Assembly (NCBI GenBank): GCA_038087875.1
Contig: CM075977.1
Coordinates: 204,352,001 to 204,416,000 of the forward strand
DNA length: 64,000 nt
Direction of reading: 5' to 3'
Source: Malacoraja senta
Lineage: Eukaryota
The stretch's first letter is position 1. Each line of letters opens with the position of its first letter. This document shows positions 1 through 12,719 of the stretch, in pieces. Under the pieces are notes generated by a model. It made no database searches. It was not told where the DNA came from and saw nothing but the letters and a program-made list of their open reading frames with translations. Both the position numbers and the translations under genes were made by a program.

Positions 1-266
1 TGGGGTTGCTAATTACTTACAGGCAGTCGAGGGCAGCCGTAGGTAATCTGACTGAGTATTTTAATTGGCTCATTGGTGTTTTCAGGACCAAGGAAAACCG
101 ACCGGTAGGTAAAATGCCTGCTAAACTTTATTATACTTCTTCAAATTGTCCCCACTCCTTCTCTCCCCATCTCCCCCTCCCCCCCTTCTCTCCCGCGCGC
201 TCTCTAAAGAACTTACCGTTACTGTCCTCTTCCTTTTACCTTCCTCTTCATCGCGGGTGTGAATTT

Positions 267-596
267 NNNNNNNNNNNNNNNNNNNNNNNNNNNNNNNNNN
301 NNNNNNNNNNNNNNNNNNNNNNNNNNNNNNNNNNNNNNNNNNNNNNNNNNNNNNNNNNNNNNNNNNNNNNNNNNNNNNNNNNNNNNNNNNNNNNNNNNNN
401 NNNNNNNNNNNNNNNNNNNNNNNNNNNNNNNNNNNNNNNNNNNNNNNNNNNNNNNNNNNNNNNNNNNNNNNNNNNNNNNNNNNNNNNNNNNNNNNNNNNN
501 NNNNNNNNNNNNNNNNNNNNNNNNNNNNNNNNNNNNNNNNNNNNNNNNNNNNNNNNNNNNNNNNNNNNNNNNNNNNNNNNNNNNNNNNNNNNNNNN
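267..596. other. Assembly gap (further gaps at 1144-1326 and 46253-46408)
   Basis: Runs of N. Confidence 1.
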
Positions 597-1472
597 GACA
601 TCTTGGACCACGCAAGAGTAAATAATTACTCGGGGCTGGATAGGGTCTATCTCAGAATGCTATGGAAATCAAGGAAGTAGATAGTTTGAAATCCTAACAG
701 AAATTTTGGCAGCTTTGCTAGCCACAAATTAAATAACATGAGATTGGAAGTACCTAATGTTGCTCCTTTATCTAAGAAAGGCAACTGGGATAAGTTAATA
801 TAAGTGCAAGCCAGTGAGCCTAACATCAATGGTAAGAATGATTCCTTAGAATTTCTTAGAATTCGTAAATTTTGAAGGGCATAGCTTGTGCAGGGGAAAT
901 CCTAGGTCCATAATTTGATTGAGTTTTTTTGATGAGGTAACAAAGGAGATTGATAAAGGCAGGGTGGCAGATGTTGTCGAAATAAAAGGAACTTGACCAG
1001 GTCCCGCATAGTTGGCAGGTCAAGAAAATTAAGACACATAGGATCCAAATTTGAGTTTGACTTGATTGCATTTATATATAGTGTATCTGATCTGACTGGA
1101 TAGAGCACAAAACAAAGCTTTTCACTGTACCTCAGTACACGTGNNNNNNNNNNNNNNNNNNNNNNNNNNNNNNNNNNNNNNNNNNNNNNNNNNNNNNNNN
1201 NNNNNNNNNNNNNNNNNNNNNNNNNNNNNNNNNNNNNNNNNNNNNNNNNNNNNNNNNNNNNNNNNNNNNNNNNNNNNNNNNNNNNNNNNNNNNNNNNNNN
1301 NNNNNNNNNNNNNNNNNNNNNNNNNNTTCATTTAGAACATAGAACAATTCAGCACATGAACAGCCCATATGTTCACAATATATGTATCACTTGCTCCGAT
1401 ATACACCCACTGCTCCAATATATACTTAGTTTGTGGCCACCGTAATAATCTTCATCGTTCATCCAGACTCAC

Positions 1473-1599
1473 CTGCACAAAATATGGTCCTCTTGTCTCC
1501 GAGGAAAATTCAAATACTCCACCCGGGTCATCATTTTGTAAAATTATTATTTTTCTACTGATGTAATTTGATTTCAAGATCTGATTTTCTGGGCTAGCT
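1473..1599 (-). CDS. ADGRV1: ADGRV1 exon 12 (127 bp)
   Basis: atttacag|A-ASPENQILKSNYISRKIIILQNDDPGGVFEFSSETRGPYFVQ|gtgag; phase matches exon 11. Confidence 0.95.
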
Positions 1600-2576
1600 C
1601 TGTAAATGAAATTTGAAGTCAAAATCTATGACTACCATGGTTTCACAGAAAACAATCACATGCATTCAAATAGAAATAAAATGTTAATTGCGGACAATTT
1701 TTAATCTTACAAATTATGCAATGTATATTTTTTTAATGCTAGAACCTCATGCAGCCATAGATGATAAAAAATCATGTTTTCAAAGCAAATCAAAACCAAA
1801 AGGTGAATTTTCACCAAAGTACACAGCAAACATCATCACAAAAATGTGTGCAGTATCTCAATGCTACAAAACAATAAGAACAAATTATCAAGCACGCTCT
1901 GAAGAAATAAACAATTAGATAATTAATATTGATTCAGTACAACAATTTATTTAATTTAGTAGTCCACATTAACCAAATTACTAAAAAAATCTCCAACAAT
2001 ACACAGGATTTGAATCTGAAAGCAAGTGACTTGAAGTGTTAACCCAGTTACTCTTTTCACAGATACAACCTGACATGCTGAGTAATTCAAATGGTGTTTT
2101 TTTTACACACTCAGTTTAAATCATTGTTACACACCATAATTCTCTCATTTATCATTTGATTCCTAGCACAAGCTGCACATACTAATTCACAAATAACCTG
2201 CATTTAAGAGAAAACCACCTTCACCAGAAATAATAGTGCACCATTGCAGTTTGTCATGTGGCTGTGTGTCCAACACTGCAAAAATTAACGGCAGTCAAAC
2301 CCTCAGGCATCAAATATCAACATCACACATTTGGTTAAGCTTTGTGAAGTGTCAAGTTGGCCTGTGGTTCCAATGCCTGAAGGGGGGTGGAGATCAGGGT
2401 CTCCTATGGGGTTTGGAGCTATTGGTTGATTTGAGAAATGAGTGTCATCGGAGCTGAGATTAACAGATGATGAGGATTGGCACCATAGCGAACTGTACTT
2501 TAAAAGGAAAGAAGCTAGTAACACAACTTTAAAAAAAAACTAGGATCCCAGTCCAGTGCAACACTGGCAGAATCTA

Positions 2577-5447
2577 AGGTACACAAAAATGCTGGAGAAA
2601 CTCAGCGGGTGCAGCAGCATCTATGGAGCGAAGGAAATAGGTAACGTTTCGGGCCGAAACCCTTCTTCAGACTGATAGGGGGTAGGGAGAAGAAAGGAAA
2701 AAAGGAAAAGGAGGAGGAGCCCGAGGGCTGGGGGAGGGGAGGAGACAACCAGATGGCTGATGAAGGGGAGGGGACAGCCAGGGCTAGCAGAATTGGGAGA
2801 ATTCAACGTTCAGGCCACCAGGATGTAGACTGCCCAAGCGGAATATGAGGTGCATTTCCTCCAATTTACGGTGTTGCTCGCTGTGGCCATGGAGGAGACC
2901 CAGGACAGAGAGGTCAGATAGGGAATGGAGGGGGAGTTGAAGTGCTGCGCCACCGGGAGTTCAGGTTGGTTATTGCGGACCGACCGGAGGTGTTCGGCGA
3001 AACGATCGCCAAGCCTCCGCTTGGTCTCACCGATGTAGATCAGCTGGCATCTAGAGCAGCGAATGCAATAGATGAGGTTGGAGGAGATGCAGGTGAACCT
3101 CTGTCGCACCTGGAACGACTGCTTGGGTCCTGGAATGGAGTGGAGGGGGGAAGTGAAGGGACAAGTGTTGCATCTCTTGCGGTTGCAAGGGAAAGTACCA
3201 GGGGAGGGGGTGGTATGGGAGGGAAGGGAAGAATTGACAAGGGAGTTACGGAGGGAGCGTCTTTGCGGAAGGCAGACATAGGGGGAGATGGGAAGATGTG
3301 GCGAGTGGTAGGGTCACGTTGGAGGTGGCGAAACTGACGGAGGATCACTTGTTGTATGTGACGGCTGGTGGGGTGAAAGGTGAGGACTAGGGGGACTCTG
3401 CCTTTGTTGTGAGTGGGGGGATGGGGAGAGAGAGCAGTGTTGCGGGGTATGGCAGAGACCCTGGTGCGAGCCTCATCTATGGTGGAGGAGGGGAACCCCC
3501 GTTCCCTGAAGAATGAGGACATTTCAGATGCCCTGGTGTGGAACGCCTCATCCTGGGAGCAGATGCGGCGTAGACGGAGGAATTGGGAGTGGGGGATGGA
3601 GTCCTTACAGGAAGCAGGGTGGGAAGAAGTGTAGTCCAGATAGCCATGGGAGTCGGTAGGTTTGTAGTGGATGTCGGTAAGGAGTCTATCACCTGCGATG
3701 GAGATAGTGAGGTCAAGGAATGGTAGGGAAGTGTCGGAAATGGTCCAGGTGTATTTGAGTGCCGGATGGAAGTTGGTGGTGAAGCGGATGAAGTCAGTCA
3801 GTTGTGTGTGGGTGCAATCTATACCCGGCCACTGATACCCTCCTCCACCTCAGTTTCGCCACCTCCAACGTGACCCTACCACTCGCCACATCTTCCCATC
3901 TCCCCCTATGTCTGCCTTCCGCAAAGACCGCTCCCTCCGTAACTCCCTTGTCCATTACAGGACCCAAGCTGGTACTTACACTTAATAACTTTTCATTTGA
4001 CTCCTCCCATTTCCTCCAAATACAAGGCGTAGCTATGGGCACACGCATGGGCCCCAGCTACGCCTGCCTCTTTGTCGGGTACGTAGAACAATCCCTGTTC
4101 AATGCGTACCAGGGCCCCATCCCCGACCTCTACCTCCGCTACATCGATGATTGTTTTGGTGCCACATCCTGCACCCACACACAACTGACTGACTTCATCC
4201 GCTTCACCACCAACTTCCATCCGGCACTCAAATACACCTGGACCATTTCCGACACTTCCCTACCATTCCTTGACCTCACTATCTCCATCGCAGGTGATAG
4301 ACTCCTTACCGACGATCCACTACAAACCTACCGACTCCCATGGCTATCTGGACTACACTTCTTCCCACCCTGCTTCCTGTAAGGACTCCATCCCCCACTC
4401 TCAATTCCTCCGTCTATGCCGCATCTGCTCCCAGGATGAGGCGTTCCACACCAGGGCATCTGAAATGTCCTCATTCTTCAGGGAACGGGGGTTCCCCTCC
4501 TCCACCATAGATGAGGCTCGCACCAGGGTCTCTGCCATACCCCGCAACACTGCTCTCTCTCCCCATCCCCCCCACTCACAACAAAGGCAGAGTCCCCCTA
4601 GTCCTCACCTTTCACCCCACCAGCCGTCACATACAACAAGTGATCCTCCGTCAGTTTCGCCACCTCCAACGTGACCCTACCACTCGCCACATCTTCCCAT
4701 CTCCCCCTATGTCTGCCTTCCGCAAAGACCGCTCCCTCCGTAACTCCCTTGTCAATTCTTCCCTTCCCTCCCATACCACCCCCTCCCCTGGTACTTTCCC
4801 TTGCAACCGCAAGAGATGCAACACTTGTCCCTTCACTTCCCCCCTCCACTCCATTCCAGGACCCAAGCAGTCGTTCCAGGTGCGACAGAGGTTCACCTGC
4901 ATCTCCTCCAACCTCATCTATTGCATTCGCTGCTCTAGATGCCAGCTGATCTACATCGGTGAGACCAAGCGGAGGCTTGGCGATCGTTTCGCCGAACACC
5001 TCCGGTTGGTCCGCAATAACCAACCTGAACTCCCGGTGGCTCAGCACTTCAACTCCCCCTCCCATTCCGTATCTGACCTCTCTGTCCTGGGTCTCCTCCA
5101 TGGCCACAGCGAGCAACACCGTAAATTGGAGGAAATGCACCTCATATTCCGCTTGGGCAGTCTACATCCTGGTGGCCTGAACGTTGAATTCTCCCAATTC
5201 TGCTAGCCCTGGCTGTCCCCTCCCCTTCATCAGCCATCTGGTTGTCTCCTCCCCTCCCCCAGCCCTCGGGCTCCTCCTCCTCCTTTTCCTTTTTTCCTTT
5301 CTTCTCCCCACCCCCTATCAGTCTGAAGAAGGGTTTCGGCCCGAAACGTTACCTATTTCCTTCGCTCCATAGATGCTGCTGCACCCGCTGAGTTTCTCCA
5401 GCATTTTTGTGTACCTTCGATTTTCCAGCATCTGCAGTTCCTTCTTT
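2577..5447 (+). mobile_element. Penelope-like retroelement (RT + GIY-YIG endonuclease), 5'-truncated, with a long inverted 5' arm; 17-bp TSD
   Basis: RT motifs GVAMGTRMGPSYACLF and YLRYIDD (ORF 3804..4382); GIY-YIG motif LIYCIRC...YIGETKRRLGDRFAEH (ORF 4511..5206); 2577-3816 is the reverse complement of 4170-5416; TSD aacactggcagaatcta at 2560-2576 and 5448-5464; frameshifted. Confidence 0.93.
5319..5355 (+). ncRNA. Minimal hammerhead-ribozyme-like motif in the PLE 3' end (mirror copy on the minus strand at about 2640-2674)
   Basis: CUGAAGA-A-[GGGU UUCG GCCC]-GAAA-CGUU: conserved core boxes, stem II, palindromic ACGU in place of stem III. PLEs are known carriers of minimal hammerheads. Stem I is weak (2 obvious bp). 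Confidence 0.6.
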
Positions 5448-5974
5448 AACACTGGCAGAATCTAGTTGTTTCTGAAGTGACCAATGATGTCGGCTGCTTG
5501 ATCTAATTTCCCTGGGAATGCTCCAAATGGAAGTGCCTAGTTGAATTGCTGGAATCTTTACTGCATACAAATCATGGAGAAATTCCATGCCAAATAAAAC
5601 AGTTCATGCAATCAAGGTGGCACTTTTACAACATCCCAAAATTATATCAAAAGACCAACTCCAAAGCTCATTCACCATATTCCCAAAGGACCAAGTTGTT
5701 TCCTTTTTGTTGCCATGTCAACCCTAACCATCAATTCATGTTGAATAGTGTAACAAAATTATTTGTAAATAATATCTTAATTATTTTCATTAAGTCCACA
5801 GTACTCCTGACATTGGATTTCTGAATAGTTGTTTGGCAACATGCATCTCTACCTTAAAAACAAACAACCTTAACCTTAATACTAATTACTCCATGTTCAT
5901 CTGAGACGTTAGATACACTACTTCGACTGATCTTGCTTCATTAGCAAGCATGCACATTTGCCATTCTTGAGTAA

Positions 5975-6346
5975 AACACGAAGTGCTGGAGTAACTCAGC
6001 AGGTCAGACAGGGAATGAAGCAGCAACCTTCTAGATCGGGACCCTTCTTCAGCCCCCTATTCCCCCCTCACCCATCCCCTTCCACCAATAGTCCTCCCTC
6101 TGACTTTACATTGCATTCCTCTCCTTACCTGACACCCTTCGTCTCCTTTACATCTCTAGCCTTTGTCCACCCATCTGCCCCTCACCTGTATCCACCTATC
6201 ACTTGCCAGGCTTTGTCCCACTCCCACCTCTTTACCAGCTTTCTCCCCCTTTCGACAATCAGACTGAAGTTGAGTCCCAACCCGAAATGTCACCTGTCCA
6301 TGCCTTCCAGAGATGCTGCCTGACCCACTGTTACTCCAGCACTTTG
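5975..6346. mobile_element. Fold-back PLE-terminus remnant
   Basis: aagtgctggagtaac near 5981 is inverted to gttactccagcactt near 6330; degenerate hammerhead cores in both orientations. Confidence 0.7.
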
Positions 6347-6819
6347 AATTTCCTTCCTGCATCATTTATGCTTTAGGATTAGGGTTAGAAACTAAATTGT
6401 TATTTTCTGTCATGGAGCCACATGACTGAGCTGGTTAAAAACCAAACCCCACATTTCCATCTGCCCACAACAGTAAACTTCAACCTATTTTGGAAATTTC
6501 ACTTTATATCTGTCCAAAATGGGCAACTTATTGTTTTAAACTAAATATATCTTGGTGTGCAGGTGAGTAGTTGAATCTTAGCATGTAGATAAGTGGTGGA
6601 ATCGATCAGGAGCTGATGAGAATGCAGGAAGAAGAAAATGGATTAGTATTAATGAAGACGATGGTCAGCATGGACTCGGTTGTCCAAAGTGCCTGTTTCT
6701 GTGCCAAGTGGCTATGACACAGCACTACTCTCCAATAATAAAGGCTCATTGCAAACCACAGTAGAAGTGTACAATTCCCATACCCGAGGAACCACTCCTC
6801 TTTGGAAACAGAAATTAAC

Positions 6820-7760
6820 AATTAAAATCACCATCACCTTCAATGTGGAAGCACACTTTAATCCACTGAAGAAAAGGGCATTTAAAGATCAAAACTGGTA
6901 AAAGTTTGATTCTGTCATGTAGCAGTAATCCCTGCCCTGGAAAATAAATGCTTCTGAGAACAGGACTATCTAAAGCAAACACAAAGTGCTGGAGTAACTC
7001 AACAGGTCAGGAAACATCTCTGGAAGACATTAAAAGGAAATGTTGTGGACTCAAAACATCACCTAATCACATCCTCTAGGGATGGTGTCTGATCTTCTAC
7101 GTTACTTGAAGTTCTAAGTAACTTCAGCACTCGGTCTCTTTTTTTTTTGTTAACCGATATTTGTAGTCCCTTGTGTTTACCCAAAGCCTTACAGTAGCCG
7201 CTTTTCACCCTTCCCCCATTCAAGGCATGGGGGGGGGGGGGGGCAAGAAAAAGCACCAATGCGGCCTCTGCAAAATCCCCCAAGTACACTCAATTCAAGC
7301 CAATTCAATGTCAGGCCAATATCCTAGTATCGAAGCCTAGGTGCAGTAATTGGGACGAGTTGGGCAGGTCATGATATCTGCAGGTCCGATAACAGAGTTC
7401 CAAAACAGACATTCCATCCTGTGCTCCAGGAAGAGATTAATAGCCAACGGAGGAAAAGACTCAAGAGTATGTTCAAAGCTTTCTTGATCAAATGTAACAT
7501 CTCCACAAACCTTTAGGAATTCCTGGTCTATTGCCATTCAAAGTAGAGAAGGAGCAATAGAGGGTTTTTATTGAACCTCCAGTCTCTGCATTGGGAGCAC
7601 AGAGAATTTCTTTGCAAATATCATTGCTGGATATATCTGCAATACATTGCTGGATAAACTATTCACCAGCATACCCACCCCATCAGCCACTTCCCACCCC
7701 ATCCGTGGAAGAATGTGTTCCACACATTTTTTGTGATTAGTCACCATCGATTCTACAAAT
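6820..7760 (+). mobile_element. Degraded RTE-type LINE fragment interrupted by a PLE-end remnant (about 6975-7180)
   Basis: Decayed resemblance to an RTE C-terminal coding region (gcagtaatccctgccct...gcttctgaga...caggccaatatc); no ORF left. Confidence 0.4.
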
Positions 7761-7809
7761 TGAGTGAAGGAACGGACCATTAAGAAGAATGGGCAGCACA
7801 GTAGTATTG

Positions 7810-7885
7810 ATGGAGAGAAGGAATGGGTAACGTTTTGGGTCGAGACCCTTCTTCAGACTGAACCAGCATCTGCAGTTCTTTCCTA
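7810..7885 (+). mobile_element. 76-bp PLE mini-insertion (inverted hammerhead segment + forward 3' tail), 13-bp TSD
   Basis: TSD cacagtagtattg at 7797-7809 and 7886-7898. Confidence 0.8.
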
Positions 7886-10069
7886 CACAGTAGTATTGCT
7901 GGTGGTACAATTACAGACGCGTGTTTGATTATATGCAATATTTACACATTCTCCCTGCGATCATGTGGATATCCCTTGCTGCTATGGTGTTGCTAATATA
8001 ATTGATGACTGCAAATTATTCCCCATGAAAGAATGGGGGAGCAGTTGGGGATAAGAAGAGAGCCAGCATAGATTCAATTGGGCAAATGACCTCCTTCAAC
8101 ACCATTATTAAATATGAAGCAGGTATAACTGAAGCTTGACATCCCTATATATTTTATTTCTAATGGCAATAATGAGCAATATTCCTAGTTGCTTGCTGTA
8201 TCCACATATTAGCAACTAGTGGATCATATACCATGACACTCAGTTTCCTCTACATCAGAGTTTGGCAATCTCAGATCAGTTAGATAACTTGGCTTTACAT
8301 TTTTCTTGCCAAAATGGAAAATTGCACGTTTTCTGACATCACACTCTATGTGCATGATCTTTGCCCAATCACATATTCCCCTTTGCAGTTGCCAAAACGG
8401 GTACATCAAGTCATTATGTCTCCTGGTTCTTTGTAAGGTCAATTTAACTGGCCAGTATAGCAGAAGAAAAGGTAGTATTCATTTTAAATATTTCTAATAA
8501 ACTATTTGTTTGTATAATGCAAATGGGCAATGCAAAGGAGGTTACTTGAAATAAAATTGTTGATAGCATAAGAGCTTATATAAAATCCAAGTTACATTTT
8601 TTTTTAATTTGTTCATAAGTAGTTGAACAATCAAATAAAAATAGGAAGCAACCTAGTTATTCCGATCAGCCACCTTACATCTTAAGGTAACAATAACCTA
8701 ATGCTTCCTTGAATTAAATCATGCTACATGCAAACCAATGGTGTTGCAAAATAATATTTATGAAACACTTAAATGAGAACCAAAGTTTTGAGCAAAATCT
8801 GAACAACACAACTCACTGTACTTACCCAAAATATACAACAAATCTTTCTGTCTCTACCCTGCAGAGACAGAGCGGTTGATATCATAAGTATTTTTTTAAA
8901 CACCAGACATTTTAGAAGATTTAAAATAGAATGTTCTCCTGTAACATGGCTTAGCATGAACATTATGATAATGTTGTTTGTTTTTTGACATATTCAAAGC
9001 ATTTGGTATTTTCCACAGAACAAGTGCATCCCCATAACTAATAGGCATGTTCACAACTGTTCCAGATGTATGAGGATTGTTGGTAAAAGTTGCACACATT
9101 AAGCAGGCAAACTAGAGCAGCTAGGAGACTTTAATTTCAGAGATTTAGAAAGAACATTGTTCATATATTCATTTTTAAATGTGCATGTATTCGTACTATA
9201 TGTCACTATTGTAAGCATCCAGGAAAATCAAGAACCATTTGGTGACATTTCTTTTAATATGAAGAGATTATTTATCCTGAATAAGGGTTGATATCCTTTT
9301 ATATCAGTCAATATAAATATGCAATAAAAAGCCACACGTGTGATGTAGTGCACCTAGAAAAATGCTGGGTTCTCAAACCACACTGGCACTTGAATTGAAT
9401 ATTACTGGTTTACTCATTATTTCTTTGTAACAACTGGATTATTATTAAATAATTAATTAAGGTATTGATAATTCATCAAGTAGCAGTTTGCCTCAAATAA
9501 AACTGGAAGTTTGCTGACTAAAGTGGCGATTGGGGGCAGGGAGAAAGGAAGTAGAAAGAGTATGAAATTTGTTTGGACCAGTAAATTTGAGCTATGTACA
9601 AAGGGAACTGTTGCCTGAATTAAAATCAAAAAGCTGAGTTTGGGTACCTGTGTTGAGTAACATATATATTTTTATTATTCTTCAGCAATTAGTCAGTTGC
9701 CTTTAAATCAACTCATAACAATTTAGATGATGGAAGTAAAAGTGCTTTAAAAATGTGTTTCAGATCTTTGAGGCACCAGTGGGTATTTCAGACATAAAAC
9801 AAATGGCTGCCTATTTTCCACAAGCAGCCTTAAGCTGTTTTTATATTGCTACTACAGAATGTACACGAGGCACCTGCTGAAAGTAACTCTTTCAGTGGCA
9901 CACAACACTAATGCCGGCAGCAGAACTGCTGCTTGCACAAGCAAGAGCCTTGGAATAGTTTTAATTACAATTAATTGGAATTAGCAGTCCTCTGTTGTGC
10001 AAATGAAGATCATCATTTTATTACTGCTATAACTATAACAGAACAAGCAGTACAACGGAAATTTACTAT

Positions 10070-10580
10070 ATTGGGCCCCATATCTGAGGAAGGATGTGCT
10101 GGCTCTGGAGAGGGTCCAGAGGAGGTTCACAAGAACGATTCCAGGAATGAGCGGGTTAGCAGATGGTGAGCATTTGACAGCACTGGGCCTCTACTCGTTG
10201 GAGTTTAGAAGGTTAAGGTAGGACCTCATTGAAACTTACAAAATAATGAAAGGCATAGTTAGAGTGGATGTGGAAAAGATGTTTTCACTGGTGGGAGAGT
10301 CCAGGACCAGAGATCACAGTCTCAGAATTAAAGGGTGCTCTGTTAGAAAGGAGGTGAGGAGGAACTTCTTTAGTCAGAGGGTAGTTAATCTGTGGAACTC
10401 ATTACCACAGAAGGCTGTAGAGGCCGCCAGTGGATATTTTTAAGGCAGAGATAGAAAAAATTCTTGTTTAGAACGGGGTATGGGGAGAAGGCAGGAAAAT
10501 GGGATTAGGACACAGAAATTAGCCATGATTAAATGGCAGAGTAGACTCGATGGGCTGAAGGGCCCGATTCTACTCGTATA
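10070..10580 (+). mobile_element. CR1 LINE 3' fragment
   Basis: ESRTRDHSLRIKG...NFFSQRVVNLWNSLP C-terminal motif plus CR1 3' UTR. Confidence 0.85.
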
Positions 10581-11987
10581 ACGTGAACATAAACAAAGGG
10601 AATTTTTGTCATTTTGTAGCAAATTATAAAATGGAATGGAACTTTGATGTCCTTCACTCTTCAAAAAATTAAATCAGTGCTTTTGTGTTTAATTCAACAA
10701 TTTTTGCAGAGTCAGCTAGTAAATAGTCAGCAGTGTTAACTTACCTTATTATTTTTAGCATTAGGGACTTTTCATTTCTATATAATACAAAGCTGTACAG
10801 TCACATGGGTGGTGTACATAATGTGCTGTGCTAAAATGAATGGGCCAATTTTATCATTGAAAAACTATCCACTGGAAACCACATTAGCAAATCGTATCCT
10901 AATATTTTATGCTAATAATTCTCAGGTGCATGCCTACTTTCTGAAAGTGAATAGTGAGAAACTGCAAAGTTTAATACTTGAACACGCACCAATAGAAAGT
11001 TGGTAACTTCCTCACCAGACTTGGTCTCAAAGACATCAGGCAAAAGCTAGAATTTTACACATTTTACTCATTCGGTGAATACAACAAAGGGGTATTGAGT
11101 ACTGTAGAAGTATGAGCAGGTACTTTCTAATTTCCCCATGGGATCATCAAATGTAGGTGTGCTGTCTCCTACAAGAATGGTTTTATAATCCTCTGTTTAA
11201 AGGGATTGGAATACCAGGTGGGTGAAAATAAAATATCTATCACTGAGGTCAAAGTGTTGATTTAGGAATGAAAATACTCTAGATAATTCCCAGATTTTTA
11301 ATTAAACAGAGCCAATGTAAAAGTAACTTTACGACATTCCATTTGGCTGGTTCTGCACTGTCAAGTTTATCAAATTGTATAGGCAATTCACCTTCTATAA
11401 ATCAAAGACACTGCACCAAGTGGTATAAAATATTGGCAATGTAAACATAACTATGCTTACTTTGCAGGCCTGATACTAATGGACCTAATGCAATATTTGA
11501 GCAAATAACAATGTTCACATTCAGAGTAAATTAACTGTTATACTTTTGGATTATGCCATAATCAAATAACAGTTAGTGCGTAGCACACTTGTAAAGTTGG
11601 AGTTGTGTATTTCTTTTGAGCCATGAAACAAAATGCTGCTGTAAACAATGTATTTAAATTTCAACCATTTCCATCTTCTCCCAATTCTGATTATTGACCA
11701 GAAACATTAACACTATTTCTCTTTCCACAGGTACCATGCTGAGTAGTTTTTATATGTTCTGCTTTTATTTCAGTTTTTCCCAATATCAGTAGTATTCTGT
11801 ATATGAATAAAATAATTAACTGTGTTTAATAATCCAAGGACAAAATACTGTACATGCTAAAAGTTTGAAGCAAAAGTGTAGAAAATACACTGTGAACCAG
11901 ACAGCAACTCTGGAGATAAAATAGAGTGAAAAGAGAGAAGGATACTTTTACCCCTGATACTGCATAACTAGTTGAATATTTTCAGAG

Positions 11988-12535
11988 ATAGACACAAAAT
12001 GCTGGAGTAACTCTGTGGGACAGGCAGTATCTCTGGATAGAGGAATGGGTGACGTTTTGGGTCGAGATCTTTCTTTAGACTGAATCAGGGGAGGGGGAGA
12101 TACAGAGATAAGGAAGTGTAAGGTGTGAAATGAGACAAATGGGATGGGGATCAAGGAAAATGTAGAATGGAACATTGTTAGCTAAGAGAAGGTAACAACA
12201 AAGCAAACAGAGATAAAATGTAATCGAGGACAGTCAGACTTCCTGGAGAACTGGGAAGGGGGGGGGGGTGGAGAGAGCAACAGTTATTGTACTTAAAGTT
12301 AGAGAAGTCAATATCCATACCGCTGGGGTGTAAGCTGCCCAAGCAAAATATGAGGTGCTGTTCCTCCAATTTGTGCTGGGCCTCACTGACAATGGAGGCG
12401 GCCCAAGACAGAAAGGTCAGTGTGGGAATGGGAAGGAGAATTAAAGTATTTAGCAACCGGGAGATCGGGTAGGTTTTGGCAGAATGAGCGGAGGGGTTAT
12501 GCGAAACGATCGCCGAGCCTGCGCTTGGTCTCGCC
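11988..12535 (-). mobile_element. PLE 3' fragment (GIY-YIG end and terminus)
   Basis: KLEEQHLIFCLGSLHPSG motif; similar to 4965-5417. Confidence 0.85.
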
Positions 12536-12719
12536 TGGAGGAAGTAGTTGAGACAGGGACTATCCCAATGTTTGAGAAAAAGTTAGACAGTTACATGGAT
12601 AGGACAGGTTTGAAGGGATATGGACCAAACACAGGCAGGTGGATCTAGTGTAGCTGGGATATTTCCAGCACTTGGTGATTTTTTACATTTATTGAAGGTG
12701 GTTAAGAACAATGTGAAAC

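Noticed and set aside
6-1368. Long ORFs near the window start (and at 46143-46443)
   Set aside because: They are open only because they run through N gaps
11070-11195. Minus-strand frame containing FDDPMG, reminiscent of a Calx-beta linker
   Set aside because: Nearby acceptors give the wrong phase after exon 11 and hit stops; exon 11 already joins exon 12 with no gap in homology
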